Source of the DNA: Trichinella spiralis
Taxonomy: Eukaryota
Reading direction: 5' to 3'
Length of the DNA stretch: 64,000 nt
Assembly (NCBI RefSeq): GCF_000181795.1
Contig: NW_003526941.1
Location: forward strand, 10,346,856 to 10,410,855
In this document: piece after piece, positions 1-13,800 of the stretch
Numbering within the stretch: position 1 is the stretch's first letter
Layout: every line of letters begins with the position of its first letter
The notes under the pieces: generated by a model
Databases searched by the model: none
Told to the model about the DNA's origin: nothing
The model's input: the letters and a program-made list of their open reading frames with translations, nothing else
Made by a program: the position numbers and the translations under genes

Positions 1-2470
1 ATTATTCAAATGGATAAAAGTAGTTGATATGTTCTTTCGGGTGATGTTCTTTTGTTCTTTTAGTCATGAGAAAGTAAATTACTGCAGGACAGATTTTTAT
101 GCATGATAAATTGATCAAGTAAATAGATGTTATTAAAAGTATTATTTATATATAATTGATTAAGGAATTTTTGTGATTGATTCAGTCCAACTTAAATTGT
201 TAACGAATGCTTATCTTTTAAAATGCTTTACAAATAAAAAAATGTAACTTACAGAAATATAGCAGTTTTCTTATTAATCTTGAAATTTCCTGTTTTATGT
301 ATCCTCTTTTGGAAAAACGATTAGCATTTGCTTCAAACTGTTGTGTGTGCACTATATTTGCTTTGACTTTTCAGTTGAGTTAAATTGAAATTCATCTATG
401 ATTTATAATACTTATATTGAATAAACAAAAAAAACAATTTTCATTATATATTTCTGAATAATTTAGTGGGCTTTGAGGAGAAGTTCATTGTATTTTTTAC
501 CAAGTATTTATTAGTTTTGATTTGCGATTGTTTCTTCAACGCTGTTGGATGAATAATAATTGTTAAATTTGAATCGATGAATCAAGTCAAGAAGTTTGTC
601 GTCATCTTATGGTTGAAAGTTTATTCTCTGATCACGGTTATTTTCTGTTACCATTATGAGTACTTTGTTTAAGTTACAGATGCCCTGAACGATAGCTTTG
701 CTACTTAAGCTGATTTCCAATCAGAAGCACTTTGTGCTTTCAGTTAGCTGCTACGTCGAAGAAATCAAAACAGGCAAAGTTTGCTGAGTAGCCTAAGCAA
801 GAATTTACAGCTTTTTGTCTAACAAATTCAAATTGTTAATGAATTTTTAAAAACTACTTAATAATTTTTCATTTTATTGGCTAGCTGAGATGCGGTTTCT
901 AGTGTTTTTACCTTGTCAATCAACTTTAGCCGCACTAATACAGTAACCGTTCTTATTTTAATTAATTTGCGTTATCATTGCAAACTGTCTCTTTCCATTT
1001 TCTGTATATGTTGAAAATATTTTGCATCAGTAATTATTTCAGTTTAACATTCATTTTACCATTGAAAGCAAAGAAAATATTTTTCATGAAAATATGCTTC
1101 AAATTATACTATAATCTTTACTTCGAGCAGCATCATTTTAGTCATTCATCTATTCAGCAATAAAAATATGAAAAAAGTTGAATATGAAAATAAATTATCA
1201 AATAAATCTAATATTTAGATGCCTAGCAGATATTATTTGTTTTGAAATTCTCCTATTCAGAGAAAATATTTACGACTGTCGAATGTACAAATGACTTTTA
1301 CAATGGCGTGACAGTTTAATGACAATTTCGAATTATTTCATTAGTAACAATTTTCCTTTGTTTATGCTGATTGATAAGACGTAATATGCTCAGGATTTCT
1401 TCAACACTGAACTTTTATGATTCACTTTCTTGCCTATTAATTCGATATATTTACAGATCAATAAGTTTTTCTTTTTACTACATTTCTTTTTCACGTAATT
1501 GCATTAAAAAAACATAATTTAATTCTTCATCATCATCAGCGTTTAATCGACAAAGCGTTATTTGAATTTGAGTTAATTTTTGAAAAAAAGCGTTTTCAGC
1601 TACTTTTTATGGGCATTTTTATTGACTATAAAGAGTGGAAGATTTCTGTATTTGAAGTGGTCAATGGGATTCGGATTTTGTTAACCGCTTCGAATTGGCT
1701 CTATTCAAATGCGCGCTTCATTCTTATTTTGATTTTGGATGATGATGATGAGCCAGGCCACTGGGAACTAGCAATGACAAACACTTTCATTTGGCATAAA
1801 GCTCAAAGCTGTGGCTGATCACAGCTTGATTGACCAAGCTAAAATCGCACGGCTGTGACGTGAAAATTTCTGCGTTTTTTTTCTATCTATCTTTTTTTTT
1901 GTTTGACGTTTGGTTTATGACAACGCATTTCCAAGATGATTTCGACGATTTTTTCGGATGTAGCTGTTTTACTGGGTCAGAAGATCAGCGAGAAGAAATA
2001 ATTCTGTCTAACTAAGTGCATGCTTAATATAATAGAAAATAAATGCACGCGTGTATTGATCTTGATTCAGTCAGGGTAGCCTTGCAAAGCTGAAGTGCTG
2101 AATCCACGAAGGAGCAGCCATAAGATTTTGTCGCTGCTTGCCGCATTAGACAGGCACATTGTGCTTGTCAACTGTTCAAAATTAAATACCGCTTAAGATT
2201 GGCTTAATTCTGTTTACCGTTCTGTTGCGAGTATTCCATTGTTCCAGCGTTCGCGCTGCCATCGGTCGCGATTGATGGTAGCTAAAGGCTGGTTGGTTAT
2301 CTTTTATTGGTCCAGCTTGCTCCACTATATTCCAGTGATGATGATGATGATGATGATGATCTTGCCCGTTTGGCTGCAATGGGCAAATGATGACACAAAA
2401 CATGATGAAATCATTTATGAATAACTTATTCAGTATTTGTTTTCTTTCTTTCTTTCAGAGAATGTGATCA

Positions 2471-5400
2471 ATGGAAGTGAACCTGAAAAACGAATCCTTG
2501 GTTAGCGTTAGCAATGTGACCTCAACATTGTTGAGCGCTTGCTTCGATTTATCGTTGAATTCCAGTCACTTCATAGATGAATGGAATCATGATCTAATGA
2601 ACGAGTTGATGACGAATCGTGGATGCAGCTGCCAAGATATTGTTGAGACAAACGGTCTTCACAATTTGTTTTGTGCAATTCGATCTTTGGAACACTCTTG
2701 GCTAGTGCAAGTTGTTTATATTATTCTTTTTGGCTTGATCATCACTATGGCTATTGGTGGCAATTCAATCGTCATATGGATTGTCCTAGCGCACAAGCAG
2801 ATGCGTACAGTTACCAACTACTTTCTGCTAAATTTAGCTTTAGCCGATGCCAGTATCTCGCTGTTCAACGTCTGCTTCAACTTTGTCTACATACTCTACT
2901 ACAACTGGTGGTTTGGCGATCTTTACTGCTATTTCAGTAATTTGATGGGCGTTGCTCCTACATGCGCCAGTGTTTTCACTTTGATGAGCATGAGTGTAGA
3001 CAGGTAAATATTTATTTCATTTTATAATTCTTTTTTGTTTCTTTTGTTTGTTTGTTTGTTTGCCATTATCTCATCACGTTTTAGTATGTGGTAATTTAAT
3101 ATTTAACTTTGTAATTTTGAAATGCTTCTGTGAATTTCAATTTCTAGTAATCAGTCAGTTGTTTGTTGCTTGAGCAGTTAAATTTAGTGATGATTTAGTG
3201 GTGAATTTTTTCTGAACTTTCACTTAGTTTGGTAAATTTCAACGACTGCATTCAACATTGCAATCATATATGTATCGCGTTGTTGTTTATACAGCTGAGG
3301 TCATAGTTGATCACTTTGCTGTTCATTTATCGAGGCAAAACATTCATGCTTTCAGTGGGGAAACTGATTAATTTACTGAAGAAATTTACATACATACATA
3401 TGCAAGTGCAGATAATTCATCCTTTAATTAGCATGCGTTTGGGTCTACGGTGTGCAAATAAAGTGAAAATGAAAATGGCACAATTCCATATTCATTTTCA
3501 CACGGTTTTCGTAAAACAGTGATCAAGCAATATCTTTTGCATTGTTTTAATTGTTTTCTTTTCTTTGCCTCCATTGCTTTTGCACAGACAGCAACAACTC
3601 TTGTCAGTAATTCTTTGTGCAAAAATTTTCAAATGCCAACAATTTTGAAAAGTATCAAATTTTTTTTTCATTCATTAGCTGTTTCATTCAGTTGTTATTT
3701 TTATTTTTTGATCAGAAGTGATTTTAAAAATAAATATACAAAACTTTCTCAACCTTACTTTTAATTATGTTTTAATTACTGTAATTATTTTGTCATGCTC
3801 TTTAATGTTTCGTGTTGGACATTTATTTACTGCACCCGTATTTGCAGAGTTAAATTATAAAATTGGAAAAGATGAAAATAAATTGAAGATTAAAATAAAA
3901 ATTAAGCGGCTTTTGTCAAAATAGAATGGTGAAATTATTATTATTATTCATAAACTTGTGAATTCATATTTCCATTATCACATTTGTTTGTTTGTGTGCT
4001 TTTTCAACGGTTGGTTCTCTTTTTGTTTGATTTATAGTTTTTCAAAAAAATAGCAAACAATAATTTATCTGTCCAATTCAAAGCAATTCTGAATGGTGAA
4101 AATGCGCGGGATATATTTATTTATTGGTTTGGAAAACTCATTTTAGTGAAAAGTGATCCCTGATCAATGTTCTTCTTAAGACAAAGTACACTTGAGGGGT
4201 ACAATTTCACATCAAAGCTTTAAATGAAATGGGAATGATTGTGAAATTGAGATTGGAAATTCGATTTTTGAAATTTTCAATTGATAAGGCTAAATAAAAT
4301 AAGTTTTTACAATGCAACTTTTTCTTTTTTATTAAACTTTTTCTTAAAGCATCTGGTGTAGTAGGAACAATTTGTTGATCGAAGTGTCGTTTTTTCTTTT
4401 AATTTTAAACCTGGAAACAATGTTGATTTGCTCAACTGATCAAACGGCATTAAATAATGAAACATTTTTTTATATTTATTTGTACACTTATATTTCTTTT
4501 TTCAATTTTTATTATTTGTAGTAATGTGGGCATGTTTATTTTTTTTTATTGCAGCATTGTTTTACGCTGATACTGCTTTAATTAAGCTAGTGCACATCCG
4601 ATTAGCTATAAATAGCTTAACAGAGCTGCTTTTCAACAGTTTTTCAATTTCTAAGAATAGTTTTTTTAAAATTTATTTCATTAAAGTAACAACAATTGCC
4701 ACATTTCAAATTTGCAATAAATGAATTTTATTTTCATTGATGACATGAACAATTAAAATTTTCAAATCAACTGCATAATTTCACATTTATTTTAAACCAT
4801 TTTCTAAAATCCAATAGTAGCCAGTGCAGTGTTATCGGAATTTTATTCAACATCAAAGCATTCAGCAAAATAATAATATCTATTGATTTGCATAACATTT
4901 GCAGTTTGATATAATTTTTCAGATGAAAATTGTGAAATTTTACTTACAGCATTGTTATAATAGTAAAAAAAAAGATTTCTTTCATTATTATCATGTATCA
5001 TGAAAAAAATATTTGTTAGATTAGTTTATTATATACTTTTTTATTTTTTGATGCACTAGTTTTCAAAAAAAAATTGTATTTTATTTTGTAATTCATGCAT
5101 ACATGTATGTATATATATGTATATGCAGGTTTTTTCTTTTTAAAATATTGCATGCTTGCATTGAAAGAATGACATTGAAACAATTTAATATTCAGCAAGA
5201 GCTAAAGTGAAATGGATATAGTGATGTTGCAGGAATGCTGCTGTGGCTATCACAAAATTTTGAATTTCCATCACTTGAAATTATGAATAATAGTATTTTT
5301 TGAACTTTTGCAACAGTTGTAAACTGTGAAGTGTAAAATAAGACAATCCGGTGGAAATAATCAGATCAAGAAGATGCATCACATTTCACACTTGAAAGCG

Positions 5401-8400
5401 ACAAACATTTAACAAGCCTGGCGAGCTGTAAAAGATGTATGCAAACGATTAAACGTACCATTTGCAGAGGTCCCTCTTATTTTTCTTGAATTTAAAATTT
5501 TTAACAATCAATCGACAAGTGTACAAAGGCTGTTAAAATTGTTCTAAATAATGCACATGCCAATTACAATCGATATCATCGTGGTGTCTTTTAGTGAACA
5601 ATTAAGCAATATTTAAAAGGCTTTATTTTTGAATAATTTCCCAACACGTGTTAAAGTTCAAAACTTTTTTGTCTGTATGCATGCAACACGATCAGTTTCA
5701 GTGAATGATATTAACCACTAGTAGCTAGCATAAATATCTTTACTGTAGATGTAACCCATATTCTAATTTGAACTGATCTTCTTAATATTTTTTTTCTTTG
5801 ATTTTTTTTGAGTAATATCATCTGAGATGTTTAACACTTTTGGAGTGATGAAGATTATAAATGTTTGTTTGAGAAAAAACATCTAACTTCCCTTCAGCTT
5901 AATTGACTGCATTGTCGTTTTACAGAGCGGCATTAGGCATATGTGCTTGTTCGATACTTTATCTTCTGAACTTTAATTAGTGTTATTTTAAGGGCAATTT
6001 GTAAAGAAAAGACTTTCCTTTTAGTGCAAATATACTACGTCATTGAAATGTTGCAAAAAAGTGGTTTCAAAGGGGGGAACAGTGTTGAAAATTGTATCAA
6101 TGCAAATAATATGTTATATTTGAAAAATAAAATTCAGAAGTTTGTTATATTTCCTTGTTATAAAACATTTTTGCTAGTCAAAAAAAATTTTTTTTTCAAC
6201 TGAAATAATTTTCCTGTTCGAATTAACTCAATTAACTTGGTGAAGCGAACTGATTTGAAAATTGATTGTATATAATCAGTGAAAGATCAAGTTTCTTCAT
6301 TCTACAACTAGCAACAATTGAGCGTAATTGAAAACGCAGCTTTTGTCAGCTGCATCACTGCAAGGGGACGTATTTTTTGCTATTGTGGGGGAAGGAGGGG
6401 GGGGGAAATTTTGTCTTTCAATTTCTTTCTACAATCTAAATTCTGATATTCTACCTGATTTTTCTTTTTTCTGTACTGTAGATTTTTTCAATTTTTTAAA
6501 ATTCATTTTTTTAATAATCATAAAATATGACTGTAATTGAACTATTTCTACTTTGTGCATTTTTTCGAATATTTTATTTTTTTCGCCTTATAATTTCAGT
6601 AAGTTCGAAAGTCAAATAGTACGATGTTCAAGTGTAGTGATAGCTGAAAATTTATTATCCAATGTCAACTTTGTAAAGCTACATCAAATGTTAATTATTC
6701 AACTGAAAGTAGTTCAATTAAGTTTTTCAAATATTTTCACATAGAAATGTACAAAATGTTTTACATTGCTCATTAAATAAGTTTTGCTATAAACGATAAA
6801 GTGTACAAATCCAGCTGCTGCTTGTATGTTCATATATTTATTAAAATTTCTGCTTGTACTAATGGAATTCTGCCCATCATCGTTTGGTATGGTTCTTCGC
6901 AAAATGAAATTATGTTATTGAAATGTCTAATGCGAACTACATTCAATTCATACCAGCTTGTTGTGCAATTGTTGTGCCTTAATCTTATTCAATATCTTAA
7001 GAAATAGTTTTATTTTTGAATAATCTTTAATTTTCTACTCGCTATCGTTCACAACACATATAAATATTCATTTTGAATTATGACTAAAAATATTGATATT
7101 TATTCATTAATATTTAAATATAAAAAAATATATCTTGTAGTGTATATTTTAAATTGAATTGTTTTTTTTTCTTGTAAATCTTTTAAGAAAATATATTTTT
7201 CTTCAGGTACGTTGCTATAATGAATCCACTGAGAAAACGCATGTCACGCCACAAAACGATAGCAACAATTGTTGTCATTTGGATTGCTGCCTTCCTATGC
7301 GCTTTGCCAATGTTTCTTCATTCTTACACGAAAAAGTTCTTCTTTGAAAATGGTGACAAGCGATCTGTTTGTTATGCGGACAATTATCCCGACGGTGACG
7401 CAAAAACAAGTGCTCAGTTTAAAATGTAAAATCCGCAAATGCCAGTATGACTTTTTTCTAATGTTGCTAGAATATATGGAATTTATTTCAGTTACAATTA
7501 TTTTTTACTGTTCATAACTTACATCCTTCCTCTTGGAGTTTTGTCATTTACGTTTATTCGCATGGCACGAGTTCTTTGGGGTGGCAAAACGATCGGTGAA
7601 CATCGACAAGAAAGTCAAATTTGCGCCAAACGAAAAGTGCGAACATATCGTGCTTTATTTTTTCTAATATAAAGACTGTTGTGAAAACTGAGTTGAATTT
7701 TGAACAATTTTATTTTAAAATTTTCAGGTTGTAAAAATGCTTACTGTGGTCGGCTCATTGTTTATGGTTTGCTGGTTGCCGTATCACATTTACTTCACTT
7801 TTTTGATGCCGCTGTTTGCCGAGATGGATTTTCTCACTGCTCAACATGTATACATGAGCATGTACTGGTTGGCGATGAGTAGTACAGTGGTCAATCCGAT
7901 CATCTATTGTTGGATGAATTCAAGGTTAGCACGTTTCATATGAATAAGTACAATTTTATTATTTCAATACGCAAGCCATTTAGCACTCAGTTCTGAAACG
8001 GCTCGCTTGTTCACATGGCGCAGTAATGCATCGATTAGAACATGTGAGCAGTGCCTTTGAGCAATCTCTGTTGAATTTCAGGCGCTTCTATTGCTATTAT
8101 TGCACACAAGATTGAAAATTCACTCTATTCACTGATCCACTTGTCTTTTTCGATTACATTTTCCAAATATGTTTTTAAAATATCTCTTCATTTTTTTGAT
8201 CATATCGTTTGCTTACTGATTTTCAAGTTTCAATTAACACAATGCAAGTTTTTTGGTAAGATTTACAAAATTGAAATTCATCCGAAAAACATTCTGCAAA
8301 CACTCACTCACTCACTCACTCACTGTTTCCAATTTACTTCTGCATCCATTATTGTACGCTAATCAGAGGTAGACAACGAAGATGTAAATAGAAGAAGTTT

Positions 8401-8864
8401 TCTTTTAAATAAATATGAAAGCATAACGAGAACATACAAAAATTTGTATGAAATTTCAATTAAAGAATACAGTATAGTGTGAATGTAGACAATGTAATAT
8501 GAGCATATTTAAAATTGCACATCGTTCATTTCAGTTTTCTTATTATATATTATTGTTTTAATGTTTCAACTGACTGATGATATTTGATTTCAGATTTCGC
8601 ACTGGTTTTCGGTATATATTTCGATGGCTTCCTTGTGTGCAGATGACAAAAGGGGATTATTTGTTGAGCGAGTTGAATGAGAAGAGTCATTTGACTCGAC
8701 GGTTGAAAAATTGCTCAAGATCAGGCGTATATAACGGTTCGCTTTTGCTTGCTTGTGGAAAAGACAGACGAACAGTGACAAGGAAAATATTCGAAACCAA
8801 CGACTGCACCAGCTCTACTGCTGCTTGTCCATACAGATCGCCCCCGTTGGCCAGCTACAAGTGA
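2471..8864 (+). CDS. Tachykinin/neurokinin-receptor-like class A GPCR; 5 exons: 2471-3003, 7207-7425, 7492-7636, 7728-7924, 8594-8864
   Basis: GT-AG-bounded exons join in frame. TM1 GN, MRTVTNYFLLNLA, DRY split across intron 1 (AG|G TAC), CWLPYH in TM6, NPIIY in TM7, then RFRTGFRYIFRW, typical of invertebrate tachykinin receptors. Confidence 0.9.
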
Positions 8865-10024
8865 ATCTAGTGCATTTGATGAACTGCTGTTTCCGGTGGG
8901 CTTGATTTTTTTTTGGCTTTTTCTTGAAATCGCTCGTTTTTCTTCTCGTCAACATTTGCACCAATCGTTTCTACACAACTCCGCTCACTTTTAACCAAAT
9001 ATGCCTGATTTTTCATTTATTATTAATAACAAAAATTAATTACCCTTTTAGCGTGCTATCAATCCTCTGCTTGACTACTGAACAGTGAAAATAAATTTTA
9101 ATCACTATTATTCATTTAATCATACTTTGCTTGCTACTTGCTAAGCAAGGCAAAATTGCCTATCTTTGAAAAGGGATTTTTTTGTTTCTACATTTTTTCC
9201 CTACTAACCAACCAATTAGACTTCTTAATAATGCAAATTTAACCATCAACGCTGCACTTGGCATAGGTGTAATTGTCATCATGCAAAGGATATTATTATC
9301 ATTTCGTACTTATACGATTTGATTTGGTTCCATTTCCAAGCAACGGAATGTGTGTCACAATGTTCAGTACACTAATTTTAAGCTTACATCGAGCGGGCAT
9401 ATTTAATTGTTTATTTTATTTGAATAGTTCGTTTTAGAAGCCTACTTATTACAGCTGAAACATCCGTATGTATGCAAGTTGTTTGATTGTTACGCTGTTT
9501 GTTAGTTCATTTGTTGTTTTGAAAAAATTATCAGTTTCAAAAAATCAAATTATTTTTTTATCTTTTTACAAATTATTCTTACTCGCAGAAATTTCAAAAT
9601 TTTTATTAAAATTATTCAAAAATGCCTACGGTTCTATCATTGATCACTCTTGCATAATGCACCCAACAGCAGCGTGCGTAATTTTAGCATATTCATGCTC
9701 TTCTAACTTTTATTAATAAGTGGAGGTTATGAATTTTCACCTTTATGCAAATTTTTTGCAATAAACGTCAAGCAATATTTGTGATAAATATAATTGAAAA
9801 TGTGCAATTTGACATTTGCAGCATTCGAATAGGTAACAATTTATTCTGCATCTCTCCAGGTAAGTGTGTGTGAAGAAGGCAGACGTTTAAATATGGAATT
9901 TTAATTTTAAACCACTGAGTGAAGTAAATTACAATTAATTTGTAACAGTAAATGAAATGTAGAAATGGAAAAAATAATAGATAGAGACTGTTTCTTCAGT
10001 AATTTACCAATAATGTTAGTTACT

Positions 10025-10867
10025 TCAATGTTCTTCTTCTTCATTTGTAGTCATTTGTTTCACGTATCCAAGTTGAACACATTCCAACAGATAGATGATA
10101 AGTTTCATCCAAGATCGACTTGCAAGGCGACGTTGGCAAATATTCAGTGGAAGTTCACGAATCAAATTCACCAAAGTTTCTCCAAATACAATCCAATATT
10201 CAGGTCTGAAGCCACGACTGTTGAAAAACCAATGCTGCGCTCCGAGCGTTACTAACGACTGTGTCAAGGTATCACTTTTGTTTGATAAATCCACAATAAG
10301 AAGTTCAATTATATCCTGGAAAATTTTCAATCTTTCAAATTCAAAATTAACAAATAGCTGCAATTCAATTGTGCATTTGTCTCAATTCAATATTCATTAA
10401 TAGGAAGAGTCTCTGTGTACGAATTATTTCTTCTTATTCTACTATTTGCATACATAAATTCTTCTAATAGATTAGAATAGATTGTCGAATGACAAATAGT
10501 TTTAAATTAATGATTCAAAATGGTGTAAATGCTCAGTGTTAAAAATTCTTACTTGAAAAATGACCGTATGCCTGCTCATTCTTGAATCGCCGAGTGCACT
10601 TTCATCAGCCTTTTTCTGCAAGCCGAATAATTCTTTCACTTGTGGACATTTGGAGAAAATTTTTCGAAAAATTTCCGTGCCAACTTGGTTACTGTAGCGC
10701 TTTTTCAGCTTTTCCCATGTATAATGTGCAATGCTCATCTCTTGTGGGGAGAATTCTGGTTGAATAATTTGAATTTCCAATTCGGCTGCATCGTATTTTC
10801 TTGTATAGTCGATCAAAGAGGATTGAAAATTTGATCCAGTCTTTTGATAGCACAGCGAAGCACCCAT
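10025..10867 (-). CDS. Globin with N-terminal extension (~201 aa); 2 exons: 10867-10553, 10315-10025
   Basis: A-helix Trp (YTWEK), B/C region GTEIFRKIFSKCPQVKELF (C2 Pro, CD1 Phe), distal His in MSRHTVIF, proximal His in LGAQH, G-helix FRPEYWIVFGETL, H-helix SWMKLI. Phase-0 GT-AG intron 10552-10316. Confidence 0.88.
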
Positions 10868-13800
10868 GACTCTTGTTAGTTCTGTCTAGTCTACTCTATA
10901 ACGAATGATTTTGTTCATAGGCACCGTTTCTAAGCGCCAAAGCGATTTGCTCATTTAACCGTGATGTGTTTTTATTTAATCTTCAATGTATTTGCTTTTC
11001 TTTCTTTTAAAGAAAGAAACAAAACAGACATACCGTATGAAAATATCCATCTATCATACTGTGTTTCATATTCGATTTATCAGAGAGAAATACAGCAACA
11101 CAAATCAAAAGTGACAGTCCAAAATTGAAATATTATTTTTATTTATTTTCTCTATTCAACTGCTCTCTATGAATGAATGCCTTGATCAGAATTATCATGA
11201 TTATGTAGTTTTAATTTTTTTTTCCAAATAATTTATTTTATGACAATTTTTTCTTATCATATTACTTATCTCAGTTGCTAGTAATATCTGAATTTTACCA
11301 TTTATGCCAAGTTCTGTCAGTCAATAATAGTTCTGTTTCTTTATCATTTTGCATGCAGCCGATTTGAATATACTGACTGTGATACATTTGATCAAACACT
11401 GCGTATTGGGTTGAATAGATGACTGAATTGGCTAACTTAAAATGCATAGTAATATATATTCACTTGAAAACGTATAATTGCTAATAGGCAAATGCTTTGC
11501 ATTCAAAGTTAACTGAAAATTAAATCTACTCAACAACTGCTGACTATAATTTTAAAATTTATTGAAAAAAGTGAAAAATTCATATCTATTAGGGATGATG
11601 TACTGCATTCTTCTAAATACACGTAGATGACATTACTTAAATTCGTTACAAATAGTGACGCTTTATTTCACGGAAAAGAAATGCTATTAACATTGATTTA
11701 TGAAAAATTTTCCTGTCCTAAATGAGCTAAAGGGGAAAGTTTTTCAAGCATTGGAAGATTTTACTTTTCAACCGCTTGCTAATGATCATCCACTCGAGCG
11801 GGGATAAAACTGCCATATCAGTTGTTAAGTAGCTCTTTTTTAAGCAATCATCGATTGGCCAATAAATAATCCAATTATGCATAGCATTCTTTTGTGCATG
11901 TCTCAAATTTTAGAATATTTTTTTACCTTATTACAAACTGGAATTTGTGATTCCTACATTAAACTGAGAATATTGCAATAAATAAATAATCTTAGTTTTG
12001 GTAAAGCGTGAACAAGTAAAAGGAAAAGCGACATTTGAAAAAATACACAATGTTTTATTTTTAATGTAAAATTGTATACGCTAAATGAATATTTCGGTGA
12101 ATTTCAATTACGCTGCTACAGCTACAGATTTCTATGGGGAAAGTTGTGATTTGTAATTTTGACTTCTCAATTTAGTTGATTGTTACTGTCCACGTTTGTT
12201 AATTAATCATTATCTGAATCAGTTCGATACAACGCAATTCAATTAACAACATTTTCACTGTAAACATATGTTATCCAAAAGAAAGGCAAACAATCAATCA
12301 CTTTGTAGAAATCAAACTGAAATTGTATTTATTTGAAATTAATTTCAATTTAAAAAAATTTATTAATTAATAATATTTATTTATTTGTATTATAATTTTT
12401 TCAGAATTAATTGTATTGTGAAAAAATTGCCTCGTACCTGTGTTTTCATGGATGACAATGGGACATGCTACTTAATTTTTTTTTTGTGTACTATAATTTA
12501 TTTATTTGAAAACTCAGACGTGATTTCGTCGAAAGCCTGCCAAATATAAATATATTGTTAACTGTACAAAATTCTATTCTGAAAAACGTATTCCCATTTC
12601 TGTTTTTCTTTGTTAAAGTTTTTAACAATACATTTATTGTAAATAATACATACAAAAGGAAAACTGTAAATGAGATTATTGAAAATCAAGATATTTTTTC
12701 AAACTATAAAATCATTTGTGTTGACAAGGGTTCGGTTCATTTACAGATTTTACAAGTATGACAATGTAGTGGAATATGAAAAATGTAAGAAGAGAAGAAG
12801 AAAACAAAAAAAAATTTTCATACTTGAAATATTGCAAAAATTGTTTGATGCTTCTTTTACTTGTTTGTTAATTTTTTCAAAAGCACAGCATGACTTTTTA
12901 TTTCTAAAAAATCAATAATATTTTCAACAACCACAACCAACAGTTTTGTTGTAAATACAAAGTGACACAACGACAGATGAGAACGAGTGGAAGATGCTGC
13001 TTAGGAAGAAGCTAAATGATTAGAGAATAGAAGCACTTCGTTTTACATCCGGAATTATAAACTTTCGAATGCAAAAGTGCATTATTTGAATCAATTTTAA
13101 TGCGCTGTTTTGACTTGTTGTGAAAATTCAATATATAGTAGTAACTATGCAGATAATCTTTCCTGTGCATTTCTGTGTAATGGACATTAATTAGGCTCTA
13201 TAACATTAATTTCTTATCACTTCAACATCTATCTATCTCTTTTCTGGATTTTCTTATTCACCACATATTATGCTTTGACTTCGTGTTTTGATTTGATCGA
13301 TGTGCGTTATGCAAATTTATTTTGTCAAATATTAATTTTACTGTGCACTGGCTGAATGAATTGGAAAAATACTATAAAAATCAGAAGCGAAAAGAAAAAC
13401 GTTGTTGGGAAAGTTCAATTATAAATATTCTTTTTTTCAAATAATTCAAATGAACAGAGACAACGAAGTGATCATTTCGCTTACCTTTTAAATTTTCACT
13501 CTTTTCAAGCGTTCAGTGATTAATGATATTGTTATTTTTACGAAGCAAAACGTCAACGCATTTTGCAAATAGGTTTTTTATACAATTTTATACGTCTAAA
13601 TTCAAAAATAAAAGTCACTTTAAATTTGGTTATTCGAAGAATTGGAGAAGGGACGAAATTAGCAAAGAAAATTTTAAAAGCGTTCTTCTACAAAGCATAT
13701 CCAAACACCTCAACAGCAGAGATGAAATCAAGCAGATCTTTCTTTCTTTCTTCTTCGGATCTTCGCTGCATGGGGATGGAGGGGGGGTGGGGTGGATAAT

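Noticed and set aside
978..2424. Short ORFs upstream of the GPCR, including poly-His/poly-Met ORFs
   Set aside because: Produced by an (ATG)n microsatellite and AT-rich low-complexity sequence.
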